From an uncultured Gammaproteobacteria bacterium (lineage in GTDB: Bacteria; Patescibacteriota; Microgenomatia; Levybacterales; UBA12049), in the NCBI GenBank assembly GCA_964408485.1, contig CAYOZJ010000003.1, positions 1,290 to 65,289 on the forward strand: DNA of 64,000 bases, in the 5' to 3' direction. Positions 10,671 through 19,338 of the stretch are shown in pieces. The position numbers and the translations under genes were made by a program. Below the pieces are notes generated by a model, which saw nothing but the letters and a program-made list of their open reading frames with translations, was not told where the DNA came from and did not search any database. Position 1 is the first letter of the stretch, and every line of letters starts with the position of its first letter.

Positions 10671-13344
10671 AGCTCAATTCATAATAATTATATCCTGTAT
10701 CCTTTTTTGGTTTTTTGCCTCAATTTTATTTAATCCATATAGTCCTTTTACGACTCTCGTTTACATACACTCTCTTTTTACACAAGCAAAATCTGTTGAA
10801 ATAAAGGGTAACTTTACTGCGCAGGAAGATAATCTGGGTATTATTGCTTTACAAATGAAAGATTTGAAAGAGTCGAGAGAGCAGGGGTTGATAGATTTTT
10901 CTTTAGAAGAGAAAAATACGCATAGCGTGCTCTATGAAAGCTCCAACAAGATTGAACAAATTTATGAAAAGCCTTTTTTTGTTTTTGGATTCCCAAAAAT
11001 CATCGATTCTAAAGGAAAGCAGTATGTGTTTCGTCTAACCTCAGATGACAAAAACGTGAAGCATCTACTTGAATTAGATAAAGGAAATACCTTCTTAAGT
11101 AAATATGTATACACAAAACAATCACTCCATTCAGTACGTGATATTGTGCTATTTCTAGTAAAAAGGACAAAAATGCTTTTTCTCAATCCTGAAGCCTTTG
11201 TTTTTTCGCTTATTTATTTTATCTCACCCTTATTGCTTATATTTTTGATTCTCTATATAAGAAAACATTCGATACCTAAAATAAGACTGTGGAAAATAAA
11301 AAAACAAAAAGTTTCAGAGAGAAAACGAAAATCACAGATTTATAGGATTACAAACAATGATAAGTGGAACCTACCTTTCGTTATAAAACATAAGTTTGTT
11401 AAACGGTTTTCTGTTCATCTCTTTTTCTTATTGTTTAGCATATGTATCCTTTTGCCAATTCTCCTTGAACAATATGTTGTTCGTGCAAATGATCTCAACG
11501 GGACAGATGTGTATCAAATTTATGTTAGGACAGCAGTAAGAGCATATCACTCCTTTCCGCAGTGGAATCCATATATGCAGCAGGGGCTGCCACTTGTAGC
11601 AGATCCAATGCAAAGCATGTATAACCCTTTAGTGATCATTCCTATTATTGTTATGCCTACGTATGACATAGGGATAAAGATGGTGTATGTCGTGTCTCTT
11701 TTTTTTGCATGTGAAACCATGTTCCTTCTCATAAAAGAGTTTACAAGGTCTTCTAAAATTTCTTTTTTTATTGCGCTTACATTTGCAACTTCAGGGTATT
11801 CGGCAGCGCGACTTGTGGCAGGTCACATCGAATCTTTTGTTCCGTACTGCATTCTTCCCTTTTTCATTTTTGCTCTTTATAAGACCGTTACGAGGAAAAA
11901 ACTTTTTTGGAGCGGAGTGTTAGGACTTACGTGTACATATATTTTTTTCTCAGGTAGTATCTATTTTCTGCTTTTTGGATTTTACTGCATAGTAGGTCTT
12001 TCTCTTTACTATCTCTTTAAAGACAAAAGAGCACTTTTTTTTATTGGATTAAGTCTTTTTCTTTTCTTACTCTTTTCCTCTATTAAAATACTTCCTCTAT
12101 TGCAGTTACAAAATTCTCTGGGAAAAACAAGAGAACCGTTCCTGGGAAGTCAAACCCTCATAAGTATAATACGGTACTTATTTGTGCCGTTTAATACACC
12201 ATTCATTCTTGCGCACTTAGATGCTTTTCTCACTCCGGCATGGGCTGAATTAGAAAAAATTGCATTTGTTGGAATTTTTCCACTAATTGGACTTATCTGG
12301 TTAATAAAAAACATTCGAAAAATACAGATACCTCAAAAATCATTTCTCGTTGTGCTTTTTATTATTTGTACCTTGATTCTTATGCCAGGATGGGAATTAA
12401 ACCCACTCAATTGGGTAATTCATCTTGTGGGTACGCTTCAATTTTTCCGTGTACCAAGTAGAGCATTTGCATTTCTTATTGTTATTGTTCTAGTACTGTT
12501 TGGTATTTTCATGCGCATCATGATGAACAATAAAAAGCTTAAAAGGTTTATCATACCGGTACTTCTCATCAATCTTGTTTCTACAACGATTTTCTTTGAA
12601 GTGCTTCTTATTAAGCCAGAGAGTATTGCATATCCTATACCTCCCGCAAATAGTACGCTTTATGAGGACATTTTTTCTTGGTTAGAAGGGCATAATACCA
12701 AAAATACCTATGTAATGGCAGAAATTTCACCTAATGATGTTCCTGAGGACATTGCTTTTTATCATAATCAGCGATTGTTGAATACAAATTACGGCTTTAT
12801 ACTTAAAAATAGTCCAGCTGCGCATTTTGCAGATGTGCAAAGACCCACTCCTTTTTCATTCGCATATAATTATACAGATATACAGCCGGGTTATTTTATA
12901 GATCCTCATAATCAAATTATAGATATTCCTCCTTATGCAAAAAAAGTCTATCAGACAGGTGATACTTCTTTGTATCAATTGCCAGATGGTAGACCATTTG
13001 CTCTTGTCCAGAGGGGTAAGGAAGCAATTGCGACAGTGAGTGCTATTTTTGGCTTAAACAGTTTTCGCGTAAGAGCTATAGGCAGTGACAATGGAGTACT
13101 TTCTCTTGCCGAAATGAATTATCCTGGGTGGAATGTGAGTGTGGACGGTAAAAATGCTAGGTTGCAAAACAGTAGGTTTCTAGAAGTAAAAACACAGCCT
13201 GGTGATCATGTCTATGATTTTTCATTTTCATCAAAACCATTTTTCTTAGGATTTCTCATTTCTCTTATTTCTCTCACGGGATTTTTCCTCTGGGTGGGAA
13301 TTACTTTTTTCTTGAAGCGTCGGATTTTTTTAACATATTTTTAA
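10654..13344 (+). CDS. Large multi-TM membrane protein: duplicated N-terminal extracytoplasmic domain fused to YfhO-like GT-C glycosyltransferase candidate
   Basis: 896 aa. The N-terminal domain is paralogous to ORF 9573..10670 (NPYSPFTTLVYIHS...FTAQEDNLGIIAL...VFGFPKIIDSKGKQYVFRL). A polytopic core with a GTDVYQIY loop follows, then a C-terminal soluble domain. Confidence 0.45.
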   Translation: MITKHRAQFIIIISCILFWFFASILFNPYSPFTTLVYIHSLFTQAKSVEIKGNFTAQEDNLGIIALQMKDLKESREQGLIDFSLEEKNTHSVLYESSNKIEQIYEKPFFVFGFPKIIDSKGKQYVFRLTSDDKNVKHLLELDKGNTFLSKYVYTKQSLHSVRDIVLFLVKRTKMLFLNPEAFVFSLIYFISPLLLIFLILYIRKHSIPKIRLWKIKKQKVSERKRKSQIYRITNNDKWNLPFVIKHKFVKRFSVHLFFLLFSICILLPILLEQYVVRANDLNGTDVYQIYVRTAVRAYHSFPQWNPYMQQGLPLVADPMQSMYNPLVIIPIIVMPTYDIGIKMVYVVSLFFACETMFLLIKEFTRSSKISFFIALTFATSGYSAARLVAGHIESFVPYCILPFFIFALYKTVTRKKLFWSGVLGLTCTYIFFSGSIYFLLFGFYCIVGLSLYYLFKDKRALFFIGLSLFLFLLFSSIKILPLLQLQNSLGKTREPFLGSQTLISIIRYLFVPFNTPFILAHLDAFLTPAWAELEKIAFVGIFPLIGLIWLIKNIRKIQIPQKSFLVVLFIICTLILMPGWELNPLNWVIHLVGTLQFFRVPSRAFAFLIVIVLVLFGIFMRIMMNNKKLKRFIIPVLLINLVSTTIFFEVLLIKPESIAYPIPPANSTLYEDIFSWLEGHNTKNTYVMAEISPNDVPEDIAFYHNQRLLNTNYGFILKNSPAAHFADVQRPTPFSFAYNYTDIQPGYFIDPHNQIIDIPPYAKKVYQTGDTSLYQLPDGRPFALVQRGKEAIATVSAIFGLNSFRVRAIGSDNGVLSLAEMNYPGWNVSVDGKNARLQNSRFLEVKTQPGDHVYDFSFSSKPFFLGFLISLISLTGFFLWVGITFFLKRRIFLTYF

Positions 13345-14044
13345 TATAAAAAACACCTAGATACATCTTGATTGCGGATAGTATTCGCGTTGTGCTCTTG
13401 CCGCCAAACCGTGGAGGAAAAAGAATAGGAACTTCAAGTATGGGTATATGCGCATTGACGCATTTGGCAATAAGCTCTGCATCAATTAAATCATCTTTTG
13501 ATGTAAGTTGTATTTTTTTTGCAACACTTGCTGGCATAACTTTCGGCGTACCATTAACATCCCAAACAGGAGTATGAAGAAGTAATCGGCATTCAATGTT
13601 ATACAGCGTAGATCCAAGGTTTCTTAACCAACTGAGATGCAGTATTCTTGTTGCTTTAATGACAACAGATGTATTATTTTCCGCATACGTAAGGATCGTG
13701 AGAAGATCTTCTATTCTTGTTCTTGCAGAGTTGGTATAGCATATATATTCTCCTTTTGCTTCATGAATTCCCTTTATTATTGCATTTCCCCATCCCGGCT
13801 CTTTTAAATAGATAATTTTTGCAGATTGAAATTTTGAAATAGATTTCTTAGCAGCAGTAAAAGATTCGTTGTCGTCTCCATTAATTACAAGAATAATTTC
13901 AAAGGGTTTATCAAGCTTTTTAAGACCTTTTGCGTAGGTTTGGAGAAGTGTGGGGATTTGACGTGACTGATGATAAATAGGCAGGATAACAGAAAATATT
14001 GTTGACATATTTTGCATTCTCTCAAGACAAGAAATTATTTGCAA
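13301..14044 (-). CDS. Glycosyltransferase family 2
   Basis: Minus strand. STIFSVILPIYHQSRQIPTLL...IILVINGDDNES is a GT-A DxD-type signature. Confidence 0.6.
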   Translation of the reverse strand: MQIISCLERMQNMSTIFSVILPIYHQSRQIPTLLQTYAKGLKKLDKPFEIILVINGDDNESFTAAKKSISKFQSAKIIYLKEPGWGNAIIKGIHEAKGEYICYTNSARTRIEDLLTILTYAENNTSVVIKATRILHLSWLRNLGSTLYNIECRLLLHTPVWDVNGTPKVMPASVAKKIQLTSKDDLIDAELIAKCVNAHIPILEVPILFPPRFGGKSTTRILSAIKMYLGVFYIKNMLKKSDASRKK

Positions 14045-14087
14045 TAATCAAACATACAATGAGCCTGTACAAAAAGATTTTTTTGTG

Positions 14088-14093
14088 TATAAT
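14088..14093 (+). promoter_or_regulatory. Candidate -10 element (TATAAT preceded by TGTG) for the transketolase/epimerase operon
   Basis: tttTGTGTATAATttgg lies in the 40-nt divergent intergenic gap. The likely ATG at 14109 is about 15 nt downstream, so the leader is short. Confidence 0.35.
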
Positions 14094-14108
14094 TTGGTAC
14101 ACCAACCA

Positions 14109-14837
14109 ATGAAGAAGTTTAATCATACGCTTTTAACAAAAGCTCAGAAAACAACACGAAAAAGAATTCTAGAAATTAGTTTTCAGCAACACCTCTCTCA
14201 TATTGGGTCTTGTCTTGGGGTTGTTGACCTGATTGATGTCGTGTATGGTCTCAAAAGAAAAAAAGATAAATTTGTTTTATCCAATGGTCATGCAGGAGTT
14301 GCGTTGTATACTATCTTGGAAAAATACAAAAAAATAACAAAAGATACTACTCCAACCCTTCATATTCATCCAGACAGAAATACTGACTATGATATTCACG
14401 TTTCCTCAGGAAGTCTTGGCCTTGGTTTCCCTATTGCACTGGGTATGGCTCTTGCAGATAAAGCTACAACAATTTATTGTTCTATATCAGACGGGGAGGC
14501 AGCAGAAGGAAGTGTTTGGGAAACATTTCGGATAGCAGCAGAAAGAAGGGTTAGCAATATAAAAATACTTGTGAATGCAAATGGGTGGGGAGCATATGGA
14601 AGAGTGGAGTTAAAAAATCTTCTTAAGCGAATTCAAGCATATGATGTAAAAGTAAAAGTTGTAGATGGTCACAATATCAAGCAACTTACATCAGCACTTA
14701 AAATAAAAACCAAAAAACCCCTTGTTGTTTTTGCAAATACGAGAAGTGACCAGTTTTCCTTTCTTTCGGATTTAGAAGCACATTATTATGCAATGAATGA
14801 AACGGATTATCAAAAAGCATTAGTATTCCTATCATGA
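14109..14837 (+). CDS. Transketolase N-terminal (TPP-binding) subunit, split type
   Basis: SHIGSCLGVVDLIDVVY, SNGHAGVALY and DGEAAEGSVWE are the thiamine-diphosphate binding motifs of split TktA-N. The ORF track starts at GTG 14085; ATG 14109 is more likely. Confidence 0.7.
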   Translation: MKKFNHTLLTKAQKTTRKRILEISFQQHLSHIGSCLGVVDLIDVVYGLKRKKDKFVLSNGHAGVALYTILEKYKKITKDTTPTLHIHPDRNTDYDIHVSSGSLGLGFPIALGMALADKATTIYCSISDGEAAEGSVWETFRIAAERRVSNIKILVNANGWGAYGRVELKNLLKRIQAYDVKVKVVDGHNIKQLTSALKIKTKKPLVVFANTRSDQFSFLSDLEAHYYAMNETDYQKALVFLS

Positions 14838-15340
14838 AGCAACAACCAATATATAAACGACTTATGCGGGCAGCTTTTGCCCATGAAGTCTATAAGCACA
14901 TGAAGAAAAATAAAAATATTTGGGTTGTTGTCGGAGATTTTGGATATAAGATGTGGGATGATGTACAACGTGATTTTCCTGATAGATTTATTAATGTAGG
15001 CGCGGCAGAAGTTGCTATGATGGGAATTGCTGTTGGTCTTGCACAAGAAGGAAAAATACCAATTGTCTATACAGCAACAACATTTCTCCTCTATAGACCA
15101 TTTGAAGTAATTAGAAATTACATCAACTACGAGAAATCCCCAGTACGGCTTGTTGGATCAGGAAGAGAAAGAAATTACGAAGAAGATGGTATTACTCATT
15201 GGGTTGAGGAAGATAAGGAAATTATGAAAATTTTTTCCAATATTACACCTGTTTGGCCAAAAACAATTCAAGAGATTCCGGCACTTGTTACTAAAATACT
15301 TAAGGAACATAAACCATGGTATATAAACTTAATCCGTTAA
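14834..15340 (+). CDS. Transketolase pyrimidine-binding subunit, truncated (no Transketolase_C domain)
   Basis: VGDFGYKMWDD...NVGAAEVAMMGIAVGLAQEGKIPIVYTATTF is the Transket_pyr motif. Only 168 aa, ending where the C-terminal domain would begin. Confidence 0.6.
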   Translation: MKQQPIYKRLMRAAFAHEVYKHMKKNKNIWVVVGDFGYKMWDDVQRDFPDRFINVGAAEVAMMGIAVGLAQEGKIPIVYTATTFLLYRPFEVIRNYINYEKSPVRLVGSGRERNYEEDGITHWVEEDKEIMKIFSNITPVWPKTIQEIPALVTKILKEHKPWYINLIR

Positions 15341-16344
15341 AAAAACAAAAAAAAGAAACTGCCCGTCTTATCGCAAAGTTAAAAGGTCCAATACTCATTT
15401 TTGGTGTAGGTGGTTTTGTTGGTGTAAATCTTATACAACAAATTCTCCTACACAGAAAAGATGTTTACGGAGTTACGCATAGTAAGAAAAAAAACTGGAG
15501 ACTTCATGGTGCAAGAATTCCTCAAAAAAATCTTATTTCGTGCGATATTCTTGAATCTAAAAATTTGAAGAAGGTTTTAGAAAAAATAAAACCTAAAACA
15601 GTATTTAATTTAGCTGCATACGGCGCATATGCAAAACAAACAGATCCAGAATTAATTTATAAAACTAACGTTACTGCAACAGTGGGAATATTGGAAATTC
15701 TTAAAGAAATGAAGCTCGTAGCATACATTCATGCAGGATCACAATCGGAATATGGATTAAACGCCAAAGCACCAAAGGAAGGTGACGAACTCATTCCCAA
15801 TAGTCACTATGCTGTTTCAAAAGTCGCAGATTATTACTTATTAAAGTATTACGGAAAGATCCTTTCCATACCGGTAATTCATCTACGTTTATACTCCGCG
15901 TATGGTCCATGGGAAGAATTGGATCGTCTAATGCCAGTTTTATTATATAAAGCAAAACAAGGAACATTGCCTCCTTTTGTAGACCCTTCAATTTCGCGGG
16001 ACTTTGTTTATATAGATGATATTATTTCTGCGCTTCTTCTTGCTGCAATAAAAATGAAAAAGTCACTTTTTGGCGAAGTATTTAATGTTGCAACTGGGAA
16101 ACAGACAACAATTAAGCAACTTGCATTATTGGTAAAACGAACATTTCTTGTAGAAGAAAATCCACAATTTGGAACAATGAAAAATAGAAAGTGGGATGTT
16201 GTTACATGGTATGGGAATAATAAAAGGATTAAGAAAGTTTTGGGATGGAAACAGACAGTTTCTTTACGAGAAGGAATAAAACTGACTGTTGCGTGGCAAG
16301 AAAAAGTTGGGTATGATAAACTCCTTACAAAATATGCCAAATAA
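15316..16344 (+). CDS. NAD-dependent epimerase/dehydratase (third SDR in locus)
   Basis: ILIFGVGGFVGVNLI Rossmann motif and YAVSKVADY (YxxxK). Confidence 0.6.
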   Translation: MVYKLNPLKKQKKETARLIAKLKGPILIFGVGGFVGVNLIQQILLHRKDVYGVTHSKKKNWRLHGARIPQKNLISCDILESKNLKKVLEKIKPKTVFNLAAYGAYAKQTDPELIYKTNVTATVGILEILKEMKLVAYIHAGSQSEYGLNAKAPKEGDELIPNSHYAVSKVADYYLLKYYGKILSIPVIHLRLYSAYGPWEELDRLMPVLLYKAKQGTLPPFVDPSISRDFVYIDDIISALLLAAIKMKKSLFGEVFNVATGKQTTIKQLALLVKRTFLVEENPQFGTMKNRKWDVVTWYGNNKRIKKVLGWKQTVSLREGIKLTVAWQEKVGYDKLLTKYAK

Positions 16345-17251
16345 TTTTAAATTCTTTATGATTTCCGCGATGTACGAAAACGGCGGAAATACATTGCAAC
16401 GTCATTTAGACGGACATTCTAAGCTTTTTGTTTATCCATTTGAATCTCAAGTCGGGACAAAAAATACATGGGATTATCTTTCTTCTTTCGTTCCGCATAA
16501 ATATCGATGGCCACAATTTCAGTTAGAAGAAAGTCCAGAACAAATGTATGAAGACATATGGGATGAAGAGGTAAAATTTCGGATAAAAGCTCCACAAATG
16601 AGTAAATTCAAAGATATAGAAATTATTTTAGACGATAAAGAACGAAAGAAAATTTTTGTAAAACTTCTTGGTAAACATATTACTCGTTCTCGTGCCGTTG
16701 AGGCATTTTATGAATCAACATTTCTTGCATGGAAAAATTATAGAAAAAGCGGAAAAGAAGATACATATGTTGGATACAATCCTGTTCAAATTCTCGATGC
16801 AGAAAAAATTATTGAAGATTTTCCAAAGGCAAAGATTATTCATATTGTCAGAAATCCGTATTCAGGGTATGCTGATACAAAGCATAGGCCTGCACCACTG
16901 AGTCTTTCTCGCTATATCAACACATGGAATGTTGTACAGCTTGCAGCAATAACGTTTGCAAAAAAATTCCCCAATAATGTTACCATCGTAAAATTTGAAG
17001 ATTTGATTGAAAATAAAAGAAAATTTTTTATGTCACTTTGTAAAAACCTGGGAATCCGTTTTGAAGAGAGTCTTCTGTTTCCATCTTGGAATAAAGAAAA
17101 GCTCGAAAATCAATATCCATGGGGAACAATTCAGTATCCAACGGTTGCGTATAATCTAGAAAAAATACAAGAGCTGTCCAAAAAAGAGCATGATGAGATT
17201 AGCTTACTCACTGCTCATTTTAATGATTACTTCAATTACAAAAGATTCTAA
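16334..17251 (+). CDS. Sulfotransferase-like protein (PAPS-dependent sulfotransferase fold candidate)
   Basis: MYENGGNTLQRHL resembles the 5'-PSB loop (PKSGTTLL) and HIVRNPYSGYAD resembles the 3'-PB RDPxD motif. Start is ambiguous (16289 or 16334). Confidence 0.4.
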   Translation: MPNNFKFFMISAMYENGGNTLQRHLDGHSKLFVYPFESQVGTKNTWDYLSSFVPHKYRWPQFQLEESPEQMYEDIWDEEVKFRIKAPQMSKFKDIEIILDDKERKKIFVKLLGKHITRSRAVEAFYESTFLAWKNYRKSGKEDTYVGYNPVQILDAEKIIEDFPKAKIIHIVRNPYSGYADTKHRPAPLSLSRYINTWNVVQLAAITFAKKFPNNVTIVKFEDLIENKRKFFMSLCKNLGIRFEESLLFPSWNKEKLENQYPWGTIQYPTVAYNLEKIQELSKKEHDEISLLTAHFNDYFNYKRF

Positions 17252-18302
17252 AAGCATTCTTCGAGATGCCAGGAAGTTTGATCTACTCCGAAAAAAACAA
17301 TTTCATCCAAAATCAGACATATCAATAGGTGGTGAAAAGCTCACGCAACTAAGAGAAGCGTATAAAAAAACTTCAAAAAAAACATTGACAGATCTTGTCG
17401 AGAATTCCATCAATGAAAAAGTACTATCAATTAGCCCTGTTAAAAACAAAAGTACATTTCATACTCTTTTTTTTGCAACAACAAAGACACGTCGCGTTAT
17501 AATAAAACTTAATGTTATTGGAAAAAGGAGTAGTGGATTTCCCTTTGTTATTGAAGAGTTTTTTCAACAATTGCTTCAAGTAAAACGTATGCCTTCTCTT
17601 GCTGTAAAGGTTGATGTTTCTAAAACATCTGCTCCATTTGAATATGAAATTATAGAAGTTGCAGAGGGAGAAAGTTTGGAAAACCAAAATAACAAAAAAA
17701 TATATACACAATTAGGAAAATTGTTTAAAAAAATTCATTCACTAAAAGGTAATAACGCAGGACTTATTAGCATTGAGTCTTTAGCGCTAAATAAACTGGT
17801 AGGTCTTTCAGCATCATGGAGAAAATTCTTCTTTATAAATTTTGATGTCCATGTAAGAAAAGTTATACAGTTTGGAATGTTATCCAAGGCTGATGGAGCT
17901 TTTGTTAAAAAAATGAGCGAGAAATATGTGACAAATAGCAAAAAAATGAGCCTTCTTCACAATGACCCAAGTCTCCGAAATATGTATGCGGATAGCAAAA
18001 AAATAACTGCACTATTAGATTGGGAAGATGCAATTATTGGAGATCCACTTTTTGAAGTTGCAAATATGCATACATTTCTTTTTTTACCATCACATTTTTA
18101 TGCATTTGAATCCTTTTGTGATGGATATGGGGTAGCGCTATCAACGCTTTTTACTAACCCACTCTACTGGGTGTATTATCTTCGCATTGCATTGTTTAAA
18201 GCAGTAAGCAGAAATAGAGAAGGATATTACAATAATGATGGGTTTAAGATAGATAAAATAAGGATTGATACAGCCCTTATAGAATTGAGAAAATATTTAT
18301 GA
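17190..18302 (+). CDS. Aminoglycoside phosphotransferase (APH)/choline-kinase fold kinase
   Basis: LLHNDPSLRNMYAD (Brenner HxDxxxxN motif) and LLDWEDAIIGDPLFEVAN (DWE...D motif). Start is uncertain because it overlaps the upstream gene by about 60 nt. Confidence 0.55.
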   Translation: MMRLAYSLLILMITSITKDSKSILRDARKFDLLRKKQFHPKSDISIGGEKLTQLREAYKKTSKKTLTDLVENSINEKVLSISPVKNKSTFHTLFFATTKTRRVIIKLNVIGKRSSGFPFVIEEFFQQLLQVKRMPSLAVKVDVSKTSAPFEYEIIEVAEGESLENQNNKKIYTQLGKLFKKIHSLKGNNAGLISIESLALNKLVGLSASWRKFFFINFDVHVRKVIQFGMLSKADGAFVKKMSEKYVTNSKKMSLLHNDPSLRNMYADSKKITALLDWEDAIIGDPLFEVANMHTFLFLPSHFYAFESFCDGYGVALSTLFTNPLYWVYYLRIALFKAVSRNREGYYNNDGFKIDKIRIDTALIELRKYL

Positions 18303-19333
18303 TGAAAAGACCATTTTTTTCCATACCTATCGCAACTTACAATAGAGCAGATGATGTAAATTTTGCCATTAAGCGTATCCTTGCTCAAACCTTTAAAGAC
18401 TTCGAATTAATTATTTGTGATGACAATTCAAGCGATAATACAGAAGAGGTAGTTAAAAAATATAAAGACAAGCGGATAAGATACTACCGAAACAAAAAAA
18501 ATCTTGGAGCGGTCAAAAATATTGGCAAGGTTTTGGAATACGTCAGAGGAGAGTATATTTTTCTTCATGGCGATGATGATTATCTGTTGTATGATAATGT
18601 TCTTCAAAATGTTTATACGCTTATTCATAAATACAACGCAGGACTTATTAGGCTCAATTATGTGTACCAAACCTTTGATAAGCATGATATTTTTGATTAT
18701 GTAAGGAACAAATTTGTTACAAAAGATCTCGTTTTTAAGCCTCATGCAGATCCTGAGAGAATCGTAGAGTATATAGATAAAATTGATTTACATTTTATAA
18801 CAGGAATCATTTTCAAGAATATCTACCCGAAAAGAATTTCGATTATAGACTCAGAATTTATTCCGTGGTTTGAAGTGTGTTTTAGAAGTCTTGAATCAGG
18901 CGGTGGATTTTTTCAATACTCCCATTCAATTATTGCATCCTGGTCTCATCAGGATAAGCATCCTGCGCATTTTGTTGTGAATGGAAAGCTTTCATGGGAA
19001 AAGACATATACTGTTATTCGAAAAGTAGCAGGAGAAGCAAGTTATAGAAAAACACTGAATAGGCAAATTGCTATAAACGTTAATCTTTTAGCAGTTATTA
19101 AATACAATTCTAATAATAGCAATCTTCTTATGTATGCAAAAAGACTAAGACAACTTGACCCTTCGCACACATGGTCAATACGATATTGGGTAACGCTATT
19201 TGCAGCATATTGTACTCCTAAATTTGTCCTTAAGTTTGTTAGAGACATCTATATTCATAATGTAAAAGGAAGAGGGAAAATGAAAGGCTATCGATCAGCA
19301 TTAAAGCAGGTATATACTGTAAGGGGCTTTTAA
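18299..19333 (+). CDS. Glycosyltransferase family 2
   Basis: FSIPIATYNRADDVNFAIKRILAQTFKDFELIICDDNSSDNT is a GT-A signature. Confidence 0.65.
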   Translation: MMKRPFFSIPIATYNRADDVNFAIKRILAQTFKDFELIICDDNSSDNTEEVVKKYKDKRIRYYRNKKNLGAVKNIGKVLEYVRGEYIFLHGDDDYLLYDNVLQNVYTLIHKYNAGLIRLNYVYQTFDKHDIFDYVRNKFVTKDLVFKPHADPERIVEYIDKIDLHFITGIIFKNIYPKRISIIDSEFIPWFEVCFRSLESGGGFFQYSHSIIASWSHQDKHPAHFVVNGKLSWEKTYTVIRKVAGEASYRKTLNRQIAINVNLLAVIKYNSNNSNLLMYAKRLRQLDPSHTWSIRYWVTLFAAYCTPKFVLKFVRDIYIHNVKGRGKMKGYRSALKQVYTVRGF

Positions 19334-19338
19334 ACTGC

